Of a stretch of 64,000 nt of DNA, positions 1-11,787 are shown in pieces. Made by a program: the position numbers and the translations under genes. The DNA is from Schmidtea nova (lineage: Eukaryota). Each line of letters starts with the position of its first letter. The first letter of the stretch is position 1. The stretch spans positions 72,230,001 to 72,294,000 of the forward strand of contig CM097884.1 of the NCBI GenBank assembly GCA_044892505.1. The letters are read 5' to 3'. The notes under the pieces are model-generated. The model was not told the origin of the DNA. It saw only the letters and a list, made by a program, of their open reading frames with translations, and did not search any database.

Positions 1-142
1 TACTTCCGGATTATAGTATTGTCTTGCTTGCATATATGGTCTCTGTGTATAACTGTTCTTCGTTCTGGCGGCATCTCTGTAACTTCTTACATTTCCTGAT
101 TTTGGTCTACTTCTTTCTATGACCATAATTTCCTCCGTCATC

Positions 143-604
143 TCATGGGCCTCGTGTAACATTGTGATTTTCTCTTTTATTTGGTCTATTCCTTTGATCT
201 GATTTAGACATACTTCCCTTTTTAACTCTCACATTTGAGCATTTTATTAAGAGTTTCTCCTTCAGATCTTCTTTAGTCCAATCTCGTTCAAAGACTTTAT
301 CCACGATCTTGTCTACTATCTCGAAGTACCTTTCGGGTTCTTCGTTTGTCTGCTTGTATACCAGTGCTGCTTTGATATCTTGTAATACTGTTGTTTCCGT
401 TTTAAATGCCGTCCTCATTCTCTCTTTGTAGCATTTGATCTTTGGGTCGATGCTTTTATATTTATTTCTGAGGTCATCATTTAATAGAGAAGTTACTATT
501 ATTTCTTGTTTGACACCTGTAAATTTCGCAAACTGAAAAAACGTTTCGCATTCTCCAATAAATTTGTCAACATCATCTCCTTTTCTGAACTTTGTCGGTA
601 TCAA
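143..604 (-). mobile_element. Gypsy-type Gag (capsid-like) remnant running towards the left window edge
   Basis: ORF IPTKFRKGDDVDKFIGECETFF... resembles the N-terminus of an LTR-retrotransposon Gag. A TGTAATGAG-started LTR-like segment lies upstream (about 630-910). The 5' part is duplicated at 20280-20387. Confidence 0.55.
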
Positions 605-916
605 TTGTGAAAGAAAGAATTATGAAGACGTAGTTGCCCGGTTACCCGCAACGAAGCTGTCGGTCGTATCATAAGTTTTCTTTTAATTCAATTTTATTTA
701 ACTATAATGAATTGTTTAATTATTTAAATTTTCTTCACTTTCAGTTATTATTTAAACAAACCTTTTTAATCCAATCATCAAAATAAAATTTCAATAAATT
801 TCATTTAATTTTTTCAAAATAGAAATTTAAATTTCCGAATAGCTATTTTAATCAATGGACTGCATGTCACAATAACCTTTAGATTTTAAGCTTTAGAATT
901 ACTCATTACAGTAGTT

Positions 917-985
<69 letters not shown>

Positions 986-2384
986 ATATATATATATATA
1001 TTATCCACTCCTGCTACTCGTGATAATATTTCTGCTAAAGATTCCTCCTTCATTAAATTCGGTTTATCAATTTTTATCTTTTTTTACACTTTGAGTTTCA
1101 ATTGGATTGTAGTTTATAGTCTTATTTATAAGTATGTCATGAGATTTCAAATGATTAATCAATGCAGATTTTGTGGATCCTTTACATCCCATACTTCGAC
1201 CACATTTATTACACATGGCAACTGGTGACTGGTCTTCTTTCCGTAAAAAATAAGTCCATACATATGATCATTTCGACATGGCTAGCTAAACAAAATAATA
1301 ACTTATAACTTTTAAGTACAAAAATTCAATACTTTGAATTCAATACTTTTGTATTAAAGTAACTGTAAATAGGATAATAAATCCGTATAAACTAATTATT
1401 ACGGCAAATGTTTTTTTTCAAAAATGTAAGATTCATGATTTATAACTTGCATAACTCTAACTCTCCGTGGAGATACAGACGAGTCAGTATTCTCTTGATA
1501 AATGACAAAATTTTAGATATGTTTATATTACTTCATATCTCACACAACCCACGTGCAATTTTTTTTCCAATATTTTGTATATAGCTTCTTGTTTATCGGC
1601 TCAAGTATTTGTGAAAGCTAAATTATAAAGAATAATAGAAATCCGATTCCATCGTTGACATAACAATGTGTTATAAGTGCTTTTTGTCATAAAATCATAA
1701 AGATAAGCAGAAGACTTAAAAATGGCAGCATTAAAAAATAAGCTTGTCTCTAATTAGCAAAATAAACATACTAATTCAATGTAAAATTTTTTGGCATTTA
1801 ATAGCCGTAATTATTTATTTAATGTTTTATTTTAATTTATATATTTAATATATATTTTGGTTACATTATGAATATTACATAATTAATAAATAATTAAATA
1901 AGCTTTTGGTGATAAATTTTATTAGGTGAAAATTTTAGATTATAAAAAAATTCTTATAAATGAAATTATTAATAATTCAAAAATAAAATAAAATTTATCA
2001 AATTAAACAAATTATTTTAAATTAGAAATTAATACTCAAATTTACACTAAATAATATTAAAATTAGAAAAATATTAAAAATCTTATAATATAAATATGAG
2101 AGAATACTTTACGAATACTTTTTAAAGTATTAGAATAACGAATACTTAAAACCAGGCGAATATATATAAAGTTCGAATATTCGGATTGGAGGCTTTACTA
2201 ACCATGCTTACTTTTTTACACAATTCTTTGAGTAAATAACTAACATCATACACACACACACCAAAAATATTAAAGTTTAAATTTGTATCGGCATCAACTA
2301 AAACATGTTTAAAAAATAATAAGTAGCAAAAAATAATAATAATAATATGAAAATCAAGTAGTTGTAGACAAAAACACAAAAGAA
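497..2384. repeat. Copy 1 of an inverted segmental duplication (partner 17866-20387)
   Basis: Near-identical reverse-complement match. The ORF track shows the same peptides on opposite strands (980+ vs 19187-, 2146- vs 17673+, 143- vs 20280+). Confidence 0.95.
920..1000. repeat. (TA)n microsatellite
   Basis: Direct sequence, with one TGTG interruption. Confidence 0.98.
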
Positions 2385-3162
2385 AATAATCAAAGAATTT
2401 AAAAGAGTAAAATTTATTAAAACTTCAAAAATACAAGATGGAGACTGAAATTCATTATGGTGCTCTAAAATAATCAATTAATTGAAAAAAAGAAATATTT
2501 TAAAATGAAACAAAGACTAATTAAGAAAACGAATAAAGTGAGAAAAAAATGAAATCAATTTATTTGTTTAAATAGAATGAAAACTGTTGGGTTATTTTAT
2601 TTAAACACTAGATAGGTTCAAACTCTTACTCACCGTGTCCTTACGTACTATGAGTCGGACTATTGACTTAAATATCGTCTTTTTAGATCACCTGAAAAAA
2701 TAGTGAGCAGGAACTCTTAATATTAACACATAATGACCCTTATCCATACTGATGTGAAGGTTGTACTGATCGAGTGAAGAATCAAAATATGTGGATTTAA
2801 GAAAGGAGATATTCAAAAATATCATTTTTCAACCATTGTCTAAATAAATAATAAATATTTCATTCCCATTTGTGTTTGTATTCATTGATTTGTAATTAAT
2901 TATTTTATTAGTTTTTGCTTATTGTAAAATAAGTCGCATGCAATACAAATGCAATACTCGTGTATAACCTATGCATAACATGAATAATATACTGACATAT
3001 ATCTGGTAATGCTTCCACTTTAGCGCTGTTTGGTTATAGCGCTCTTTTAATTTGATGAAAAAATATTTTCCAATTAAAATATGTATTTTAATCCGTTATT
3101 ATTTTATTTCCTAATAAAAATTTTATTATATCTTTATTATTATAGTTAAATATGTAAATTAA

Positions 3163-3913
3163 CCGCTTAATACACAGTTCCGTGACATACGGGCAACGCT
3201 TACTTGCAGAATTGGACAGCTCCGTGAACGTCACGGTCGTAGCAATTTTATATGTATTAAAATATTAAAGCTCCGTATAAGTCACGGTTTATATTGAAAT
3301 ATTACTGTCCAAATATTTCAACTATAATAACACCATGGGAGGCGTCGATAGATTAGATCAACATTTACATGATTACCAGATACCTAAAAAACGGCGGAAA
3401 AAATATTACAAAAAAATATTTATGCATTTGTTTGATTTTGTCATTTTTAACTCTTTTGTTCTGTACAAAACGAATGGTGGAACGATGGACAATTTGGAGT
3501 TTAGAACAAAATTGATTGAAGAAATGATTGAAAAATATCACTCAAGCACAAACATCAAAAAGGCAGGACGACAAAGACTTATGGGAGCATTACGACTAAC
3601 GGAAAGACATTTTCCGGATTTTATTCCTCCGACCGAAAAAAGGCTGTACCTTACAAAAATTATGCGGTATGTTGCACAAGAAAAGACAGCACGGGCAAAA
3701 AAATTAGAAAATAGACAAGGTATTGGTGCGCTGATTGCAACGTTGGACTCTGCGTAGTCACTTGTTTTAAAACTTATCATACGCAATTAAAATATTAAAA
3801 AAATATATTTTTTCTTTTATATGTGAGATAAAATAGGCATAAATAATAATTATTTGTAAAAAAATTAAATGTTTTTTTAACCTAAATTAATAAAATAAAT
3901 GTGCATTAAGGGG
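3163..3913 (+). mobile_element. Internally deleted piggyBac element carrying the transposase C-terminus (ORF 3335-3757)
   Basis: TTAA at 3159-3162 and 3914-3917. 13-bp TIRs CCGCTTAATACAC / GTGCATTAAGGGG (11/13 match). ORF has MGGVD(R)LDQ and the ..KKIFMHLFDFVIFNSFVLY motif typical of piggyBac DDD transposases. Confidence 0.88.
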
Positions 3914-3918
3914 TTAAC

Positions 3919-4890
3919 TTGTGTTTAAATAATTGATTATATGGCACTTTTAAAAATATTTTAATTAAATAAATTTATGACGGAATTAAAGACTTTTAAA
4001 GCCGATTTGGATTTAACTGGCGACCACGCATAAAATAAGAATATCAATGCAGTTTCAAAATCAACAAAGTCGTTAATGGAATACTTACCAAAATCATGCC
4101 AAGATATGATCACACTGAACATAAGCTAATATGATGGATGTGGATGAAAAGAATCAGAAGAAGGGATCAGGGATATAGAAGAATGGCTGTTGACAAATGG
4201 ACAGCGATTGACAAGCACTTTCGACATATTATTAGTGGTAGAAGCTAAGGCATTGTGTCAAAACGTCAGAGAAACAGAAACCACAGTTGTGAAAGCAAAA
4301 CTTGGTTCTTAAATACGTTCACAATTACGAAATCAATAACTGTCAAAATCAGAGAATTGGCAGTTCTGGAACAGGAAGATGACGAACGTTTTGCAGCTTT
4401 TGAGATACGACTAAGAAAAGCTTTAGCTAAAGTTATAAATTCAGGATGATCAAAACAAGATATTGCTCAAGATCTCATCACAAATAAAGCACGCGATATC
4501 AAAGAATACCGTGCATAGAAGAAGAAGATTCCACCGAGAACAGCGGGATTTCAGAATGGCTCACAGCAATTTGACAGATAGATTCAATATCCCTGAGAAA
4601 TATACTACATTGAGAGAAGACGGGAAAACATCAGCGACTCCATGGGTTTCATTTCTTTGGTGGAGTCAAGACAATAAATTATGAAAGAAGAAATGAACGA
4701 CGAAGAGACGAGGCAAAAGAAGAGATGTGTGAGACGAAAGATAGAAGAAGTTGGAGCAAAATAATGTTGAATAATACAGAAGTAGATATGTTATGGGACT
4801 CTGGGTGGTCAGTAACAGTCATGAGCAAGAATTTGTTGGAGAAAATCGGCAAACTAGACCTTAAACGGAGTACAATATTATTACGCCGGA
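3919..4890 (+). mobile_element. Decayed Gypsy 5' fragment (LTR end, PBS, gag, protease)
   Basis: PBS-like TGGCGACCACG at 4018-4028. Gag-like EQEDDERFAAFEIRLRK. Aspartic protease motif LWDSGWSVTVMS. Multiple stops and frameshifts. Confidence 0.6.
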
Positions 4891-5178
4891 TGTTTTCAAC
4901 TGTTATGGATTTTATTTTGAAGCAAATCTATGACGCGCCAGGATTAATTATTCACATAGGATCACAGAGTTTAAATGATGTAGCTATTGTGATGATATAC
5001 TTTAATCTATGATTATACCAGGCTCTTTGACCTCACTGTGGGGGTGACATTCGTTATATTTTACGAATAAACGCGAGCTTTGCTCACAACTCATTGAGTC
5101 TGTTAATAAATAATTGTACGCACTTTGTCTTGTATCTTCTTTTCATAGGAATTTTTAATATGTATTTTTAAAAAAATA

Positions 5179-5202
5179 CTAATAATAATTAATAATAGTT
5201 TA

Positions 5203-5256
<54 letters not shown>

Positions 5257-5340
5257 AATAAAAATAATTATAAAAATAAAAATAATAAAAATAACAATAA
5301 TACTTATAAATAATAATACTTATAAAATAAAATAATAAGT
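5179..5340. repeat. (AAT)n-rich low-complexity tract
   Basis: Direct sequence. Confidence 0.9.
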
Positions 5341-5342
5341 AA

Positions 5343-5477
5343 CAAGTGTGTATAAAGGCTGAGCCGCAATATTGTGCACTTATTTAAAGAAATTTTGATC
5401 TATAGTCATCCATTATGGGAATTATTGATATTAATAATAAAAAAGATCAAAGGTGAAATAAAAAGATAATTATGATA
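5343..5477. mobile_element. Half copy of the palindromic foldback family (loop plus right arm, diverged)
   Basis: CAAGTGTGTATAAAGGCTG...TTTTGATCTATAGTCAT...AAAGATCAAAGGTGAAA..GATAATTATGATA matches 23174-23304. Confidence 0.8.
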
Positions 5478-5793
5478 AAAAATAATAGTCATAAAAAATA
5501 GAATAGTAATAATACTTATGAAAATAATAGTAAAATATAATATTAAATAAAATAATAATAAAAAAATAAATAAATAATAAAACTTTTTTTTTAAAAATGG
5601 CGGACACTTCTTTCAAAATTTAATTTTAAATATAACGCTTAAAATTTATTTATTTACTTTGGTTAATGATAATTGGCTTATATAACAAAAAATTATATAC
5701 TCAAAAGACACTAATATTTACTTCCTTATTAATTTATAAGGAAATTGAATTCAGCCAAATAATTTACGTAATCTGCCATATATATATATTCAC

Positions 5794-7094
5794 ATGGAAA
5801 TCATTATTTTGTCATTCCAATTCACAATGAATAAAGATAAGAAGCCAACTTTGACCGAATTTGCTAGCGGATTATATAAATCGAATAATATCTTTTCAAA
5901 ATCAACAATTTTTGATTTTGCCGAACGACTGAATAGCCGCTATACGATATTTTTCTTATCAATTGCCATCGCAGTCGTTGCACCAAACAATTATATCGAT
6001 ACAAGAATAACTTGCTTTTCAATAACGACTCCCAATCAAAAAGCCTCATTTAATGAACTGTTCGAAAGTTACTGTTACACAAACGGAACAATTGTTCTAC
6101 TACCGGAAGACAAAACTCCAAGTACAAACACTGAATGGAATGAAATGAATAATCAACGGAAAATAAGTAAGTAAAATTTACTAATTTTTTCAAAGTATTA
6201 TTATTATTATTATTTCTTTTTCTAGATTATTATCAATGGTTTCCGTTGATTTTACTTTTTCAACTCGCTCTATTCAAATTGCCTAGTAGAATTTGGAATT
6301 ATTTCTCATTCGTTCAATCAAACTGCAATTTTGATAAATTAATTGAAAACGCTAACCAAATTAAACAAAAAACCGCTTTGTCTGATTATAGAAAATCCAT
6401 AAATAATATTGCCATGGAGATTGATCAAATAATTCACGATTCAAAAAATCGATTAAGTCAGGCTAATTGGTTTTCCCAATTCAAGAAACGCGTTTCAAGC
6501 ATTTTCTCATTGTCTAGTAGAAAATTATGTTTGCTTTACGCATTAGTGAAAATCTTATTTGCTGTCAACGTCATTGGTCAAATAATTGTCATGTCTATTT
6601 TAATGTTCAATTCTAATTTGTTTCCATCATTTCCATTCTTTAACCGACCTGGCGAAGTGGATTTGATTTTCCCAAGGAATGTCATGTGTCATTTAGCAGA
6701 CATTATCGGAACTCGGGACACGAATAGTTATACAGGTCAGTGTATTCTCCATTTGAATATGTTCAATCAATTTGTATACATCCTCATTCATTATTGGTTC
6801 TTGATCCTATCAATGATCCAATTGTTGTCGATTCCCTACTTTATTCAAAAAACATTTACATTCAGATCACAATTCGATTTGATTAAACATTTGTTAAGAA
6901 TATCAAAATCCTACAGCAAGGACGATAAAAGAATTGTTAAAGATTTCACCAGACTTCATCTCGGTTGCGATGGAATATTTGTAATAAGAAAATTGAATGA
7001 CAATGTCAACCATTGGATAGCCAGTGATATTGTGACTGTAATGTTCAATAATTACAGAAATGCGATTATTTCAATTACATTAGAAAATTCATAA
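5794..7094 (+). CDS. inx: Innexin (gap-junction protein), 2 exons: 5794-6166 and 6226-7094, about 413 aa (alternative ATG at 5827)
   Basis: A 59-bp GTAAGT...CTAAT...TAG intron joins RKI-N-YYQWFP in frame. Innexin motifs: DFAERLN..YT, two EL1 Cys (ITCF, SYCY), YYQWxP, FKLPSRIW, FPRNVMC, QCILHLNMFN. Confidence 0.95.
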
Positions 7095-7839
7095 AGAAAT
7101 ATTGGAAGACCTTGACAATTTAAATATGAATTTATAAATGCTTTGGTGTAGTTCAAATTGTGCCTCTACCAAGGTTTTGATTCAGATTTATTGCAAGGAT
7201 CAAGTTCAATAAAACATTAAATATAATTACCTTAACTTAATAGCATAATATTAATTAATTTTAGTATTTAATTATTAACTAATTCATTCTAATTATAATA
7301 ATAATAACATAAATATGTAGTATAAAAGGATGAAATGCTAATAGAATGTAGTTTCTTGTTTTCGTGCTCATGGAAATGATGACGTAAAAAATCTTTTAAA
7401 TATTTTAGATAAATAATTACATGAACACAAAATTAAGCGTTACACTTATTGGCTAACCATGCTTACATTTTTACACAATTCTTTGAGTAAATAACTAACA
7501 TCATACACACACATACACCACAGGAAGTATAGTTTAACCCCTTCACTGCGGATGACGAGTATATAAATAAAATTCATTAATATAATAGCTTAAATTTTAG
7601 ACGTAATTAAAAATTTATTTTATTAAAAATAGAATATTTAAAATTTTAAATAAATTTAATTATATAAAAAGAAAAGTTTCAAAACGTTTGTTTTAATGTA
7701 TCAAAAATTTAAATGATTTAAAAATGGTGTAAATAGCAGTACCATTTCCAGGAAAAAAAAACTACTCAAAAACTTTAACTGAAAAAACCTTAACTTAACA
7801 ACATGACACAAATTTTGAAGAACACTCTCGTAGAGAGTC

Positions 7840-8260
7840 AGTAGGTGAGCACCTCGATGCAAAATCTTTGAATTCTCAGAGTTACGGCTTCACTCTCAAC
7901 ATCATTTGAAGCTTTGCTCGGCCCACCAAGTTATATTTTTTATTATTTTTGGACACCGGTCATACTAGGAGGTTCATGTACGATTATTGGTCAAATACAT
8001 GATGTTCAATCAACAGATTCTCAGTATTATTTAAACTTTAAATACATGTACTAAAATTATTTTTTTTGAATGAATTGTTTTTTGTTTTCTCTTGATCTTC
8101 CGAGCTGTAATCTCACTGTGACATTCCCAGAATGTTACAGTGCATGTAGTCAGTGTGTGCTAAAGTGTACGGAGTGGATTCTATTGCACTGTCCGAATCC
8201 ATGCTGTCATACCTACCCAAAGTTCGGCCTTATACTCTTCGCAGATGAGAGAATGGCTGA
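7840..8260. repeat. Copy 1 of an unassigned decayed dispersed repeat (inverted partner at about 49530-49985)
   Basis: 8128-8205 aligns at roughly 70% identity with the reverse complement of about 49557-49634, with further scattered shared blocks over about 400 bp. Confidence 0.65.
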
Positions 8261-9470
8261 ATGAAGATCCGCAAGATTTTTATACTAATGTAATTTTTCC
8301 TTAAATATCAATTTTATTTGATTTTTTTGTTATTATTTTTAAAATAAATTTTCTCTCTAAATAGTAGAAACAAATTCTATACATACTGCATAAAAATGAA
8401 CGATATCTGTGGAGTAAGAATTGACGGTGGAAATATGTCTTCACGAGTGCTAATAAGTATTTTGAGACTGAAAAGAGTAAATTCATCATAGATGGTTAAG
8501 AATCTACCTCGTTAATTCATAAAGAACTCAATTTTTTCTTGCATCAAATGCGTGTTGATGTGATTGTATGTACACCATATCATTTTTTAAAAGGAAATCC
8601 GCCTACGATAATCTAATGAATTATTGTCAGATTTTACAAAATATTTAGTACAAGAAAGAACAAATTAATTCAAAACATTTATTTCAAACTTAAAACTTAC
8701 ACGAAAACATCATATAAAAACTTTCAATAAACGATAAGATATCATTTACTATATATTTTAATCTCTTTTAAATGCTACTTTAATTTCAAATGTAATTTAC
8801 TGTCATCTAAATCCGAAAAAAAATAAAATACATATAATCGCTGGAATACAAATTTGATTATATGCAGTGTTTTATCGTTTCCTTAATCCTGTACTCTAAA
8901 ATTATTATATTATGATAGTTTTTTTTGTTGAAACCCCTATTTAATGAATAAGAATAACTTTTGGAGTTCTAAAACTTTAATTAAGAAATTGTGGTACTAT
9001 TTATAGTACCCGGTGTGCCGACACCAGCACATTCAGCAATAGCTTCTTGGGAAATAACAAGCAATGATATCATCTGAGGACCCAGTCAATCAAACATAAT
9101 CAATCACACATGCAGGCATTATACAATATAAAATAAGGGTTAAGGAAATCAAATATCCCATTATAATTACATCACACCCTAAAAGTTGAATTCCGCAGTT
9201 TTTTCAATTATCTGAAAATTATTATATCAAGATGAATGGCGAATTTATTTTACAGGATCTCAAACTTTGGGCTAAATTTTTTAAGTTTGTTTAAATGTTC
9301 CTCCAGAGTGGCAAAAAAATGAACGTTTTCGACCTAAAATGTTTTAGTGTTACCATTTATTGATTTAATCAGAACTGATCACTACCTACTGTTTTAGTTT
9401 GCCGATCAGCCACATCCTACCTTAGTAAATAGTTAGTGGCCCTCTAGCTCACCCCCTCCCCCTACAAAAA

Positions 9471-10400
9471 GTGATCTAGAGGGTCACTATGTTTTCGACC
9501 TCGGGATTTTTGAATAGGAAATTTTTGGTCGATCTTTTGTACAGTGATCTGAAAGGTCACTATGTTTTGGGCTCGGATCTTTTCTATAGGAAATTTTCGG
9601 TCTATGTTTCACACAAGGAATTTAGGTCGTGATATTTTGTATAGGATTTTCTATTCTGAGATTTTTCTCACAAAAAAGTATGCTGAGTCTTTGAACACAG
9701 ATTTTTGTTCTGGTATATTTGAATAGGATTTTTGGTCTGGTATTTTTGAACAAGAATTTTTGGTCTCAGTATTTTGTATAGGGAATTTTGGTCCTGATAT
9801 TTTGAATAGGATTTTCTACTATCAGATTTTTCTAGGGCAAAAAGGGACTCTGGGTTTTTGAATAGGAATTTTGGTCTGATATTTTTGAAAATGATTTTTG
9901 GTCTCAGTATTTTGTATTAGATTTTCAGGTCTGGTATTTTTGAATACCATTTTTTTTGTCTCAATATTTTGAACAGAACTTTTTGGTCTCAGTATTTTCT
10001 ATATTGATCTTTGATCTGGTATTTTTTTAAACATTGATTTTTTTAACTCCCACAATTTCTTCGGACAAAAAGAGACTGATAATTTAAAACTGAAATATAG
10101 ATTTTAATGGTAAATTAAAATCACATGTAANNNNNNNNNNNNNNNNNNNNNNNNNNNNNNNNNNNNNNNNNNNNNNNNNNNNNNNNNNNNNNNNNNNNNN
10201 NNNNNNNNNNNNNNNNNNNNNNNNNNNNNNNNNNNNNNNNNNNNNNNNNNNNNNNNNNNNNNNNNNNNNNNNNNNNNNNNNNNNNNNNNNNNNNNNNNNN
10301 NNNNNNNNNNTTAGATAATTTAAAACTGAAAAAGGATTTTTCATCTCCCGCAATTTATTCACGCCAAAAAGGGACTCTGGTAATTTGAACTGAAATTTTA
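9471..10400. repeat. Degenerate minisatellite, unit about 21-22 bp (consensus near ATTTTTGAATAGGAATTTTTGGTCTG), spanning the gap at 10131-10310
   Basis: More than 20 diverged units, preceded by two GTGATCT...GGTCACTATGTTTT units. AAAAGGGACTCTGG occurs on both sides of the gap. Confidence 0.85.
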
Positions 10401-10626
10401 GATACAGATTAAAGAAAAAAGGGTAATAAACAGATTGTTAAATTAAAATTGGCAATAAAACATGGATATTTTTACAAAGACAAAAAAAGTGATATAATTT
10501 TTCAAAGTTAATGAAAATAGGGTAAAAATAATGCAATTTGAAAGTTTTAATGACATAATATTTAAAATTTAATACAAAAGGGTAAAAAATAAGACAATTT
10601 GAGAGTTAAAATGATATAAAATAATG

Positions 10627-11206
10627 TCATAAATATCCTTGCAGTAAAGGTAATGATGTAATGAATAATTCTTCTTGAAAGAAATGATCATTAACAGTTT
10701 TAATGTCATAATTTAATAATATCCTAAATTGTTCAAGACTATTGTCATTCCTGAATTTTGGTAATTTTAAACGATAATGATCATTTTCACTTATAATTGG
10801 TGTTTTATCCAATCCAAAACTTTTTGCATGTTCAATATCTGGGTTGTAATTTTCAGTAAAACATGCGGTTAAACAAACAATGACTATTCATATTTTTTAA
10901 AAAATACATCAGTATCTGAACTAGGTTGAGAATTTACAACTTGGAATACACTATTTACTTTACCGATTCTCAAATAAGTGATTTCTTGAATTCCAATTTT
11001 AGTTTCAATTTGAATAAAAGAATTACTATAATACGGGAACAAATTATACACAAAAGTAAAATCAATCAAAGCAACTTCCCAATCGTCATTACTATTTAAA
11101 TAAATCGGATTTTGAAATTCTACATAAAAATTACTAGCTTCATTATTAGGATAAATAAGACCACTAGCATTACTAGGTGAAATCATATCAAACGGTTTTC
11201 TTTCAT
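10627..11206 (-). pseudogene. Polinton/Maverick minor capsid (penton, PX-type) protein, frameshifted and truncated
   Basis: F(D)MISPSNASGLIYPNNEASNFYVEFQNPIYLNSNDDWEVALIDFTF matches the Polinton FxxxLPSN...PxN...F...L...WEVxL N-terminal motif. It lies directly downstream of the Polinton integrase. Confidence 0.75.
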
Positions 11207-11211
11207 AATAC

Positions 11212-11649
11212 TTATTTGATCAATTGGTTTTCAGATATCCAAGTGGGTTTTCATATTCATGTCATTGAACATAGTATTGTTTATATTTGCCAAACATTGT
11301 GATTTTTAAATCTTTTGAATTCTGAAAACTGATGGGGATGGAATAACTTGTAACTCTTGTTCATAGAATTTCCCACTGATTTCATTATTTTCAGAATCGG
11401 TAATAAAATACATGACTGGGTTCTGATTTGTATTGATTTTCGAGATTTGATAAACTTCATCACTCCAATTATTGTCAAAATTCTTGATAAAGGGGGATCC
11501 ATTGATTTTACTGATTTTAACATGATCAGCGATCTTGAATTTTGAAATTTTCTTTATTGATTTTTTTTGTTCAGATAACCAACTATTTATATTATTTGTA
11601 GAATAAATATCAATGGGTCGCTTTCCATGTATTCCTTTATGTGGAGAAT
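11212..11649 (-). pseudogene. Polinton integrase, 3' part with a C-terminal chromodomain-like tail
   Basis: Hand translation: SPHKGIHGKRP...KFKIADHVKISK...FIKNFDNNWSDEVYQI...GKFYEQELQ...FRIQKI*KS...YYVQ*HEYE/KPTWISENQLIK*. Two stops and a frameshift. Confidence 0.85.
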
Positions 11650-11787
11650 TGTTGGAACATTAATTAATTATTCAACACAATTATTTTAAAAACAATATTT
11701 TAAACAATTTGATTTGTTTAAATATGATGTGTTAGAGAAAATAAAAACTTTTAAATTAAACAGCGTGCTTCTTTTATGAATCTTATA
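11650..11787 (+). repeat. 5' LTR (138 bp, TG...TA)
   Basis: Identical by eye to 15679-15816. Contains AATAAA and the gag ATG at 11776. Confidence 0.97.

Noticed and set aside
7538-7565. TTAA-CCCCTTCACTGCGGATGACG as a piggyBac left end
   Set aside because: Plausible, but I found no matching right TIR or transposase motif.
8070-8264. Cys-rich 64-aa ORF as a toxin- or metallothionein-like peptide
   Set aside because: It is part of a decayed dispersed repeat. The homologous frame in the second copy has stops and shows no codon-position bias.
9471-10130. Regularly spaced repeats as a CRISPR array
   Set aside because: Units are contiguous and degenerate with no unique spacers. The DNA is eukaryotic (spliceosomal introns) and there are no cas genes.
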